64,000 nucleotides of DNA from Eledone cirrhosa (lineage: Eukaryota). The notes under the pieces were generated by a model that was not told where the DNA came from, searched no databases, and was given only the letters and a program-made list of their open reading frames with translations. The DNA lies in NCBI GenBank assembly GCA_964016885.1, contig OZ024763.1, positions 9,982,001 to 10,046,000 on the forward strand, written 5' to 3'. Shown piece after piece: positions 36,881 through 48,639 of this stretch. The position numbers were made by a program, and so were the translations under genes. The stretch's first letter is position 1, and each line of letters starts with the position of its first letter.

Positions 36881-37728
36881 TATGATAATATGATAATATT
36901 TACTACTTTTTTTTTTTTAAATAAAGAAAATTATAATAAGGTAGAATATGAATATGCCATTATTTTTATGCATTCTTTGTATAAAACAAGAAATGACAAG
37001 TATATAATATAAAAGATTAGGGGACATTTTTATGTATGCCAATCATTATTATGACATCTTTATTATTATATGGTACATATTTTATTATGTTTTGTGTAAT
37101 TAAAATAAACAAGCAAAGTATACCATGTTTTTTGAAAATTTAAGAATTTTCTGACAACAATTTTTGGGGGAGTGTGGCTGCACCTCCACACCCCCTCGGC
37201 AATAAGCTTGATGTCTATGTTAGAAACAGTTATTTTGGTGTAAGCATGGTTGTGTAGTTTAAGAAGTTTGTTTCAAAATCATAGCTGTAGAAAATATTTG
37301 TCCAAGTTGCCATACAGTGGGACTGAACCCCAAACCACGTGGTTGGGAAGCAAACTCCTTAACCACACAACCATACCTATATCATTATTATCATCATTTT
37401 TACATCTGTTCTTCCAGGTTTGTATGGGTTAGACTGGTATTTTACAGTACAGCATCTCTTCACTTGTCGTGTTATTTTGCCATCTCTTCTGTGAGCTTCA
37501 GTGCAGCTCGCACCACCACCCAGGTCTTCCTCTACTTAACTGGAGCTACTGACCTCCCAGATGGATTGAGGACTGCATCCCTCTTACAAATTCTTGCATT
37601 TTAGAGACCGTACAGGGTGTATATCATTGTGGTGCTAAACTCAGAATAGCCGCAGAGAGTAATATAATAAATATTTTGGTATTGAGTACTTTTTTCTTGC
37701 ATTTGTAAACCCAAAAATATATATGTGC

Positions 37729-37781
<53 letters not shown>

Positions 37782-38416
37782 TTGGACATGTCATATATAT
37801 ATATATAGCTCTCTCCCGCTCTGAGGACCCTTCAGTTGTGTCAAGGACATGACAGCCTCCCTAGTGTTTGGTGATCTAAACAATAAACACACACTGTAAA
37901 GTGGTTGGTGATAGGAAGGACATCTATCCATAGAAATCTTGCCAATCAAAGGGTTGGGAGGACTCTCTTTTGTGTCAAAGGCATGACAACCTCACCTGAG
38001 CACTCGATGGAATGCCAGACCGGACAAGTCCCTGGCTTGCCTGCGAGATCAGTGGCTCCACTTCAGTACTGACTTGGTCTATATAGACCCATCCAACCCA
38101 TGGTAGCAGGGAAAGTGGACATTAAAACGACTGATGATATATATATGAGGCTTTAGTGTTTTTGCTCTGCTTGAGTACTGATCAGTCTGTGATGACACGT
38201 CCAACCCTAATTAGCAGGGACAATGGATGCTAAATGATAATAGCCTTGCTTCAGTACTGAGTTTGTCTGTAAAGTCCCATCCAACACATGCTAGCAGAGA
38301 CAATGGATGTTGAATGATGATATATATTTGTGTTGCCGTTCCTCTTTATAGATCTGTCTGTGTACCTATCCTCTCTCCCCCTCAATAGATATGTACATCT
38401 CTCTCTCTCTCTGTAG

Positions 38417-38536
38417 ATCTTTAATGATGCTTGGCTGTTGGTGATGGAATCTGAGGATGACTTCCATTGGGAAGAGATCCGTGTCTTGCAGACAGAATAC
38501 AGTGCACCCCAGCTCTGGTGTCACCCTGCATGTAAG
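38417..38536 (+). CDS. FBXO42: FBXO42 exon 7 (not in the ORF track)
   Basis: Hand translation gives IFNDAWLLVMESEDDFHWEEIRVLQTEYSAPQLWCHPACK, matching the FBXO42 'DAWLL...APELWCHPAC' motif; ctgtag| acceptor and AAG|GTGGGT donor. Confidence 0.9.
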
Positions 38537-39030
38537 GTGGGTAACTATTATTAAAGGTTTTCAGCATTTGTGTCATCACTATCATCACAATCACCACCAC
38601 CTCCACCACTATCATCACAATCACGACTACCTCCATCACAATCACCACAATCACCACCACCTCCACCACAATCACCACCACCTCCATCACAATCACCCCC
38701 ACCTCCACCACTATCATCGCAATCACCACTATCACCATCACCATCATAATCACCAACACCATCACCACAACCAACATTTTAACATTTTCATTGCTGGGGC
38801 ATGCATTAGCCTTGGACTCACTATGGGATCCTTTTTGAAGCAATGATATATAGATGGATGCCCTTCCTGATACTAACACTTTCAATCACCTCTTACAACA
38901 CCCAGGGATTATTATGGGCCTATCCTATACTGGGATACACACAGCATTATGAGGGGAAAAAGTTTATATATATCCTTGATCCAGGACTCCTTCCACCGAC
39001 TTGTGTCCCTTGCCAGTCTGTGGTCTCCAG

Positions 39031-39600
39031 ATGAGTCTCCAGATGTGGCCAGCTCATCTGTTGTCACTGAGTCTCCAGATGTAGCCAGCTCATCTGTTGT
39101 CACCGAGTTGCGAGATGTAGCCAGCCCATCTGTTGTCACCGAGTTGCGAGATGTAGCCAGCCCATCTGTTGTCACCGAGTCTCCAGATGTAGCCAGCTCA
39201 TCTGTTGTCACCGAGTTGCGAGATGTAGCCAGCCCATCTGTTGTCACCGAATTGCGAGATGTAGCCAGCCCATCTGTTGTCACCGAATTGCGAGATGTAG
39301 CCAGCCCATCTGTTGTCACCGAGTTGCGAGATGTAGCCAGCCCATCTGTTGTCACCGAGTTGCGAGATGTAGCCAGCCCATCTGTTGTCACCGAGTTGCG
39401 AGATGTAGCCAGCCCATCTGTTGTCACCGAGTTGCGAGATGTAGCCAGCCCATCTGTTGTCACCGAGTTGCGAGATGTAGCCAGCCCATCTGTTGTCACC
39501 GAATTGCGAGATGTGGCCAGTCCATCTGTTGTCACTGAGTCTCCAGATGTAGCCAGCCCATCTGTTGTCACCGAGTCTCCAGATGTAGCCAGCCCATCTG
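39031..39600. repeat. 36-bp minisatellite (~16 units) GAG(TTGC/TCTC)(G/C)AGATGTAGCCAGCCCATCTGTTGTCACC
   Basis: Tandem array in FBXO42 intron 7. Confidence 0.95.
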
Positions 39601-40836
39601 TGTTTGTTCATCTTGGTGGTTGTTATGTCGCTGACTCCAGTTTATATTTAGTTGCTTTTCCCAGTTGATGAGAGAAACAGTAAAAAAAAAACAATTGCAT
39701 TATATTTCAACCCTTTTGATACCAACTTGGCCCAAACTGGACCTGGTTCCCATTTAAATTAAAATCTTCCAACATAATTTTATATTAAAACATGTTATGT
39801 TATGATCTTAATAATGAAATAATGGTTAATTTTAGTAAATCCCTCAAAATTCTTCATTAATTAACCATATTTCTAATGAACGATAGTTATTTTCAAAATA
39901 ATCCTTTATTAACTCTTAACATCCTGTAATGATTTAGCAGAAAATATTTAAAAGCAGATTTATTAATTCAAATGTTTGTAGTATTTACTAGTGGACAGAT
40001 TGATTTGAAAACTTTCAGTAAAGATTTGTTTAATGTTTCAAGAATGTCTTGCTAATGTGGTTCCATGTGGTACAGGATGAAAATAGTTAAGCTGATGTTT
40101 GGAGCATCACTTAACCCTACATTACTCTATATATACTATTGTATTTTTGTGGTAAAGGCTTTACCTCACATAAAAATCTTGATGTTATTTATTTTGAGAA
40201 CAATACCTTAACATCAGTATGAGTGGCCAGTTACAGCCAGTTTAAACAGAATGAGGTGAGAGAATTCTGACCGGATATGGCTGGTTTAAATACTAAAGGG
40301 TTAAGTGAAGGTATATTTATCTCTTGTTATGTACAAAACACTATCTGAATATTCCAATATAGATTTATTTTTTAAATTATGTTCTAATCACCATCTTAAT
40401 ATACCAATATTTATCTTTTATTAAGTTTCAAATACCTTTTACATCTGGTAGACAGAAACTGTACAGAAGCCTGCCACATGTGTATATGTGAGGGTGTGCC
40501 TGTCTATCTATGTCTGTTTTTAAGTCTGCACCATGGATACGGCCGGTTTAAATGCTAAAGGATTAAAGGTTCTTACATAAAATTCATAAAATTATGACAG
40601 ATCTTTATTTAGAGAAACACTTTAAAATAGCTTTGTGTCATAGAACCAGGGGCAATTTCTTGCAGTTTGGTATTAACAGGGTTAACTAATTGAAATAAAG
40701 AGTATTTTATTAGAAGTAGAAAAAGGATTAAGACGATAGTATAATTATTGATAGTATCTTTACTTTGTTTAGTGGAGGCTACAGGAGTTGTGTAATGATG
40801 GCAATATAATATATAATTATTTTCTTTCTTTCTTAG

Positions 40837-42045
40837 GTGAAGGATATGGTTGTGGTGTTAAGTAAACCTTCCAAGTCTATGAAATTAGTACCTCGGTCTC
40901 AATCAAAATGGTCAAAACATGGAAGGCACTACAGCATGAAGACCAGTCTGAAGTCAAGTTCTGCTACTGCATCACATTCTTCTAAGTCAGCACTTCATTC
41001 TGCAGAACCTCGTGCCAGTACCTCAAACTCATGGCCTGATCAAGTACCACAAACCAATTGCATCACCGAGGGTGAAAGTCCTGAGAAGATGACAGCTGTC
41101 CATGTACAAGACAACATGGACACTCAAAGTGTGTTTTCAGTCTCTGTGCCTTCCTACGAGTTGCCGTCAATGTCATCAACATCGTCAAACTTTAGCCAAC
41201 TTGGAGCAGCAGCCTCGTCATATGGCCAGTGCATGGACAGCTTTGAGTATGGCTTCAGTAACATGCACAAAAAGTCGAACTTTATTCCATCTCCGTCCAA
41301 CGGGGAGAGTAGTTGTGCTACTACTGCTTCAACTATAAACAGACTACAACACCAACAGGAACAACAGCAACAGGAACACAAAAATTGGGCCACATCGAGT
41401 GCCCATCGCAGCTTGCAAGCCGTTGGTGGCGGGGCAGCTGTCGGTTCTTCTAATGGTCTCACACCACCAGAGGGCGCTGCATCAGCCGTTTCCCCAGCAT
41501 TGTCTGCTTACCCTCGTCTTACTTCCCATCAGAACCGTCTCAAACGACTGGAGATGCTGTGTCATTATGAGGAAAAATTCTGGAGGAAAAGTCAGGCATT
41601 GCAACAACAACAACAGCAGCAGCAGCAACATCATCATCAACATCCACAACGACCTCAACCAGTTTCTGGTGTGCTACGTAGTCGATTTACTGAACGGAGA
41701 GCTGCTTCTGGTAGCAACAGCACTGCCAGTAGCCATGGCAACACAACAGCTACATCATCTACGCCTGTCAGCTACAAGGAGCCACGCTCACTCATGCATG
41801 TACATAACTTGGACATTAGTAAAGCCATCACTGAAAAAACTGTCACCTGGAGGGAAGTGCATGAGAATATCTCTAACAGCATTCCTGAAGAAGCGATCCT
41901 TTACTCGCTGGTGGAGGGCCGTGGCGAGCTAATAATGTTTGGGGGTATTCTGCGAGATATCAATACGATGCAACGAGGTATCCATATCAGGCCACGTGTC
42001 AGTAACAGCCTCTATGTACTCTCATCTCCACAGCCGACTTTATGA
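40837..42045 (+). CDS. FBXO42: FBXO42 terminal exon 8
   Basis: tcttag| acceptor; 'VKDMVVVLSKP', a long Ser/Gln-rich insert, then 'PEEAILYSLVEGRGELIMFGG...VSNSLYVL' and TGA. Summed CDS is 2238 nt = 745 aa plus stop. Confidence 0.92.
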   Translation: MKDMVVVLSKPSKSMKLVPRSQSKWSKHGRHYSMKTSLKSSSATASHSSKSALHSAEPRASTSNSWPDQVPQTNCITEGESPEKMTAVHVQDNMDTQSVFSVSVPSYELPSMSSTSSNFSQLGAAASSYGQCMDSFEYGFSNMHKKSNFIPSPSNGESSCATTASTINRLQHQQEQQQQEHKNWATSSAHRSLQAVGGGAAVGSSNGLTPPEGAASAVSPALSAYPRLTSHQNRLKRLEMLCHYEEKFWRKSQALQQQQQQQQQHHHQHPQRPQPVSGVLRSRFTERRAASGSNSTASSHGNTTATSSTPVSYKEPRSLMHVHNLDISKAITEKTVTWREVHENISNSIPEEAILYSLVEGRGELIMFGGILRDINTMQRGIHIRPRVSNSLYVLSSPQPTL

Positions 42046-44399
42046 AGCAGGTTTCTGTTAAAAAGTACATACAATGAAATTATTTAGTATAGGCACTTGT
42101 GAAATAAATGTGAGAGAGCCATTAAAAGGAACAAGAAGAAAACATGTTCATATTTACAGAAACACTCTTCAATTTATTCATTTTGCATTATAAAAATTCA
42201 TCAATCATTACTTTATGTCCACTTTTTATGCTGGCATGGGTTGGACAGTTATTCTAGTCCAAGTCAATCTTTATTCAGAGTTACAGCTCTCCTCTATGTA
42301 TTAGACGACCAGATCATGCTCATATGTTGTAAATTTTGGCCTCATTTCTATGGCTTTCTAACATCAGCCATTTAACAGAGTGTACTAGTGTGTATTTTAT
42401 TTGGGTAACCAACACAAGAGAAGTTGTCCTCAGCAACACTAAAGAGCTCACTTTATCCTGTGTTGTCTCTGATGGTTAGCCAGTTTACAGTGTGTGCTGA
42501 TTACATTTTATAGTAGGGTCCACACTAAAGAAGTTCAGTTGCCCCTCTACAAAACAGTATCTCCACTCTATGTTGTTTCTACTCTTATTTTTAGCTTGCT
42601 TTGATGCCCTTCATGAGGCTGACCCTTTTATTTCAGTCTCCTTTTACGACACACTGAGCTACAGTGTACCGACTCTAAATCTGATATACTTGTTTGATAA
42701 ACTTGCTGTAATGTTTACAATGTTAGTGCTACATGTGGCTTAGGGGTTAGTGTTGGGCTCACAGTCGTGAGGTTGTGAGTTTGATTCCCAGACTGGGCGG
42801 TGCATTGTTTTTTAATATGCACTTTATTTTATGTGGCTCCAGCTGGAAGAAATGAGTTGCGACATCACTGATGCCAAGCTGTATTGGCCCTTGGACAACA
42901 TCTGTGGTGTGAGGAGGGCAGACTGCTGGTCTTCTATAAAAACACCTTACTCTGTCTTGTGCCTCAGAGAGGAATTTTCTAGGTGAAAACCCATGGTCAG
43001 CCATGGCTGAAGGGGGACTATAATGATAATAGTGTTGTTTGGTGGGAGAGTGGCATAATGTGAGAACTTAGAGCAGTAACCTCACTATGCCATCATAGTG
43101 AGCAGTGCATGGACAGCTGTGAGTATTCCATCTCTGTCCAATGGGGAGAACAGCTGTGCTTCTAGTATAGACAGACTACAACAATAACAGGTATACTAAA
43201 ATTTGGTTACATTGACTACCCACTGCCAATGGCTTCACACCACCATCAAAGCTCTGATACAAAGAATAGCCTTGAATCAATATAAACACCAACAGAAGCT
43301 TCTCTTCCTGCTAGGATCTGCCACCATCAACATTGCCATATCTGGAGAGGCTGTAAAGGCTTTTAGCACAGAGGTAAGTCAGCATATGCTGTATACACAG
43401 GTACAAATTCTTGGTTAATTAATAATACTGGTTTTGTTGGAATAAGTCATCACCTCATCATCATTTAATATTTATTTTCCATTCTTTCATAGGATGAAAG
43501 CCAGACAGATGATTATGTCTTGCTCATACGCTCCATGTTTGGCTTAGTCTTCCACAGCTTGATGCCCTCTCTAATGCCAAATACATTACAGGGTTGACTG
43601 GGTTTTTTGTCGTGGCACCAGCATTACCAACTTACAGGGTGGACTCTGTGCTTTTTCTCATGGCACCAGTAGGACCACCTTGTAAGGTTGGCTACGTGCA
43701 TTTTATGGCTTCTACACTTCCACTTTACAGGGTGTACTGGGTGCATTTTATTGACACCAATACTAACACTTTACATGGCCTGGGTCCATTTTATCACTGC
43801 ATCAGCACCTTATAGAGTGGTCTCACTGAAAAAAAACAACAGTTTTAAGTGCAGGTAAATAAAACATTTTTAATCTAATTTAGTTTTGTAATGAAAAGAA
43901 AAAAATGATGAGGCATTGTAAAGGTGTCACAGTCTGCTTGTGATATAAACATGCAAGTGGTTGAGCATTCCACAGACGTGTGTACCTGTGGCATAGTCCT
44001 CAGGGAGATTCTGTATGTGACAAGAGTGGCCATTTGAATTAGAGTTACAACTGATTTTATCCAGCAACATGAAATACAGCTGGAGGACACGCCACTGGGA
44101 ATTAAACACCTCAACCACTAAACCACATGTCTTCACTATAACAGCAACAACATGTGGTGGTGGTCCTTGAATTAGTTGTAGTCAAGGTGGTGGTGGTGGT
44201 GGACCTTGAATTAGTTATAGTGATGGTGGTGGTGGTGAACCTTGAATTAGTTATAGTGATGGTGGTGGTGGTGGTGGACCTTGAATTAGTTATAGTGATG
44301 GTGGTAGTGGTGGTGGTAGTAAATGGTATTAGTGGTAGTGATGGCCTCCATTTCTCTTGCCCTCCCCATGTCTGTATAGTGAGCAAATGGGGTCCCACA

Positions 44400-45490
44400 T
44401 ACTGGCCGCCCCACAGCCCCAGGGACACAGTGGAGAAGGCGTTTCTCTGAAAGATGGCAAGGGAGATGTGCTGGAAGAACCATTCCATCTCGTGAGGCTC
44501 ACAGCTGCGGGTCGCCAGCTCAGCACCTATGGTAGTGAGTAGGGAGGTAGCCCTAGGGCCAAGGACACCAGAAGTCTCCACTGCCAAGAACACAACCGCA
44601 AACCTGTCGAAGAACAACCAGTACTTGGAAAAGTTTGGCTTCCTCAGCCCGACGTGCAACAGAACCTGGGTTAATCACAGACTGCACCAGGTTGCGGCTG
44701 GAGATAGTGTCACTGCAAGTGGCATCCAAGACGAGGGGTTTGCCACCGCGGAGCGGGAAGATGGTCATACCATCTGGATTTTTGCCATCCCCTCGGTCCA
44801 GCCCCACCAGCTTGAGCTGGGAGGGGAAGCCTGCAGTATCCAAGCCATATTTAATGACCTTGTTGAGGGCAGCATGGTGTGGAAGGCGGCCAGCACTGTA
44901 GTGACAGGAAAGTGGGTGGAGGCCTGACCTTGTTGAGGGCAGCATGGTGTGGAAGGCGGCCAGCACTGTAGTGACAGGAAAGTGGGTGGAGGCCTGACCT
45001 TGTTGAGGGCAGCATGGTGTGGAAGGTGGCCAGCACTGTAGTGACAGGAAAGTGGGTGGAGGCCTGACCTTGTTGAGGGCAGCGTGATGTGGAAGGCGGC
45101 CAGCTCTGTAGTGACAGGAAAGTGGGTGGAGGCCTGACCTTGTTGAGGGCAGCATGGTGTGGAAGGCGGCCAGCACTGTAGTGACAGGAAAGTGGGTGGA
45201 GGCCGAAAGAGTCCACAGTGGATCAGCAGGGTCATTTGTGCAGTTCACAGATCCGGAGGCCAAGTCTTGGGGGAAACGCTGATGCGTAGGCCAAGGCTAC
45301 CATATCGGACAGGTAAAGTGGCCTGTTGCCATCCAATGTCATCAAACCTGACGTTGCATATCTCCTCAGCTGCTGCTCAGATACAAGTGTCGAGGTCAGC
45401 AAGGAGAGATGCGTGGCTGTAGCACGGTGCGCTGCGAAGGGTATAGAGGAGCTTTGGTATGGCGAAGCAGTTCCTTAACAGGAAGAGTGC
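44400..45490 (-). mobile_element. CRE-like non-LTR retrotransposon 3' part with five internal 70-bp tandem copies (44855-45204)
   Basis: 'GLHPLSCHYSAGRLPHHAALNKV...GLDRGDGKNPDGMTIFP...LVLDATCSDT' and 'VETSGVLGP'; repeat period of 70 bp seen directly. Confidence 0.7.
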
Positions 45491-45491
45491 T

Positions 45492-45750
45492 CAGTATTTC
45501 GTCCTCGACTTGAACGGGAAATGAAATACCGTCTCCATTAATCGTTTAAAAAAAGTGTTCATAGAACAGGAATTGCCACCAGTACCCACCGTTTCTCCAG
45601 CAGACTCACCAACAACTTTGCCCGACACAAACACGGCAAATTCTGCACAACCCCGACGCACCAAATCTGGAACAACAGTCCGATGGCCCACGCGATACGT
45701 ACAAGTTTATCGGGTAAGTACAAATTATGCATCTGGTCGACATTTCGGCT
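45492..45750 (+). mobile_element. Ty3/Gypsy integrase C-terminal remnant
   Basis: 'YFVLDLNGK*NTVSINRLKKVF...PRRTKSGTTVRWPTRY' resembles the Gypsy integrase tail; a possible PPT/LTR follows near 46115. Confidence 0.5.
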
Positions 45751-48639
45751 AATTTATACATTTCAACGAATCGGCCAATTTCTGTGGTCATGAACTATTG
45801 CTACACACAAATCAATTAACACCGTGCATCACCCACATCAAAAGAACAGACAAAATAACAATTTTCAGTTTCTATGAAATGAACGAACTTTTAATCAACA
45901 AACTTTTCGTATGAACATTTTCAATTTTATGTAACATCACAGTACATTTTCCTGCATGTAAATTTCTTTTGCTTTGCACGTTTTCTTTCATTTCTCCTGT
46001 TTGTAAATGACTTTCATGTGTTTTTTATTTTTACTGATTTTCTTCAACAACACACCTAGTCATACCTATCTTCATTTCACATGCACCTAGATCGTTCAAT
46101 CTTAGCTTTCTCACTGGAAGTGGGTACTATGAATCTGAGCTTTCCCGCCTCTGGGACAAGCCGTGGGAGAGGCTAAACACAGGTCAGAGGTGTTTACGCC
46201 TGACAGAAAATAGGTCAGAGGGTATATCCATCTTTCTGACTTGTTTACACTTGGCAAACTAATCCCTTGGGAGAGACTAACCAAAGTTCAGAGAATATAT
46301 CTATCCTTCTAACTTCAACTCTTATAAATACAGGGGTTGTTCACGCCCCGACAGAAAAGAAGTGATATACAGACAAGACAAGTCGCATTTACAAGCTCTC
46401 GTCACGAAAAACCAGTCTGCCACTTATTCTCACCTTCCTGGCTGATCGCTGACTCCTGCAATACAAACAAGTAAAATATACTGATACGCACACACGCATT
46501 CATAGTGAGTTCAGCATTTGTACACGCACCATTCATTTCTGTTTACACATACTTGTACCTTTCTGATACAGTACAAATTATATTATAATCGTATTCTGTG
46601 ATACTTGTGAATGTATAGTATACTTTATTTAGTATACTGCCAGTTATATCTACAGTATATATACATTATAATTAGTAAAAAATACACATTTTTTCCGAGA
46701 AAATTTGATTGCACTGTTTTGTTTTCACTTATGTATTTTTTTAAAATGTTCTTTATTCATTATAAAAATTAAATGATAGCATTCTATATGTGGGTGGGCC
46801 CCTTTATCTCCAGGTAACCAATATTTTTAGACCCAGTCCGCCACTGGTTATAGTCATGGTGGTGGTAGTGATGGTAGTCCTTGAATTAGTTATAGTCATA
46901 GTGGTGGTAGTGATGGTAGTCCTTGAATTAGTTATAGTCATGGTGGTGGTAGTGATGGTAGTCCTTGAATTAGTTATAGTCATGGTGGTGGTATTTAGTC
47001 AGTAGAGCTAGCTAATCATCGCCTTAGTAGGAGTAGTAATACACGTGTTATAGTAGCTTTCGTTATGGTTTTAAGTTGCAGCTGTTGTTGTTATGGTTGC
47101 GGTTCTATTATGTTTGTTGTTGTAGTTGCTAGTTATGGTTTTATTTATCTGGTTTGTAAGTTGTAATGTTTGTATAAAAAGAATCGTCGTAGTTGTAATT
47201 GTTGTTTAAAATGTAGTTGTTGTTGTAATTGTTGTTTAAAATGTAGTTGTTGTTGTAATTGTTGTTTAAAATGTAGTTGTTGTTGTTTGTCGTTTAGTCA
47301 TGCTGTCAATCAGCGTGCAACGTCTGGATCACCAACCAGAGAACTGATGTCGCTATCGTTTACAACTTCACGGGTAATCTCCCTTGATCTACTTAAAACT
47401 TTCTGTTTCTTTATCAAGTCTCACACACACAATCTCTCGCGTATTATCTTTCTATTCACTCGTGCGCATACTTAGCATCTATGAAATTTTGTTTACAATA
47501 AATAAACTCTCTTCCAACAAATGAAACAGTTCTAATACCATAGAAGCCATTTCCCGACTGAAATAGAATATGTACTTTTATTTAATGTACCTTATTTTTT
47601 TGTAGCCTTTTCCCGTTCTTCTTCTGAAAACCATACATTCACCCCCACCCAGGTTCATATGGCTCTGTTATGGTCAGAAACATACACTCTTGCAGCTTAT
47701 ACAGACCAACAAAAAACGCGCACACACCTCTGTACATACGTACACACATTTGCTCGCAGCTTCGTTCTTACAAACACACACTCCTTCACATATACGCACA
47801 AGTACAGTTCTATATACAAAACGTTTTTTTCTTCTTTCAGATAGTCGCACTCAATCACCACCTTCTCAAAGAAATGTATAATACACTAAACGCCAGCTTC
47901 AACAGTTTTCTAACAGATGGCAACATGAATGGACCTAATATTTTTCTCAAAAATTATTTTTTTCCTTTTCCGCCCTACCTGTCTCCTCAATTTTTCTATT
48001 TCTTCTTTAATTTCTCATTTTATTTATGAGAAATGTAGACTCACTAAGACTACCTTAATATGCATGAATAGTGGCCCATGACTGCTGAGAACAGGCTCCG
48101 TTTGCTGAAGTGTAGGCAGCCCATCTAAGAGAGCAACCACTCCAAATAAATTGGTGCAGGGTGGAGAAGCCCCCTACGCCCAGAAAGATGGATTCCCTAG
48201 TGCTGGTGACACGAATAAATGCACCCAGTCCATACTGTAAAATGGAGGTAATGGTAGTAGCATTCAGCCATTAAAAAACCATGCCAAAGTATGGGGTGGA
48301 GAGGACCCCAGAGTCCAATAAGACAACCTCTCTAGTGCTGGTGGCACAAATAAACACCCAGTCCATGCTGTAAAGATAGGAAGCACATCCAGCCAGTATA
48401 TTATTAATGCCAAATTATGAGCACAAAATAGAGATATAACTAACTGTGTAAACAGTAATAACACTAACAATTTATAGCTGTGCACGGTAGTGGGGTGGTT
48501 ACTGCGGCCTTGTGTGAGAACACCCCTCCGACTGTCATCAAGCAATTACACAATAACAATAACAACAACAACAATAATAATAATGATGATAATGATTTTA
48601 CATATTTTTCCTTGTAGACAAAAAGGAAAAACATCAACA

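Noticed and set aside
38421-38885. Val-rich and His-rich ORFs
   Set aside because: A (CAC/CAT)n repeat plus the antisense of FBXO42 exon 7.
47319-47334. tRNA-Trp-like primer-binding site (TGGTGATCCAGACG, minus) of an LTR element
   Set aside because: It has two mismatches, and no paired LTR or gag sequence could be confirmed.
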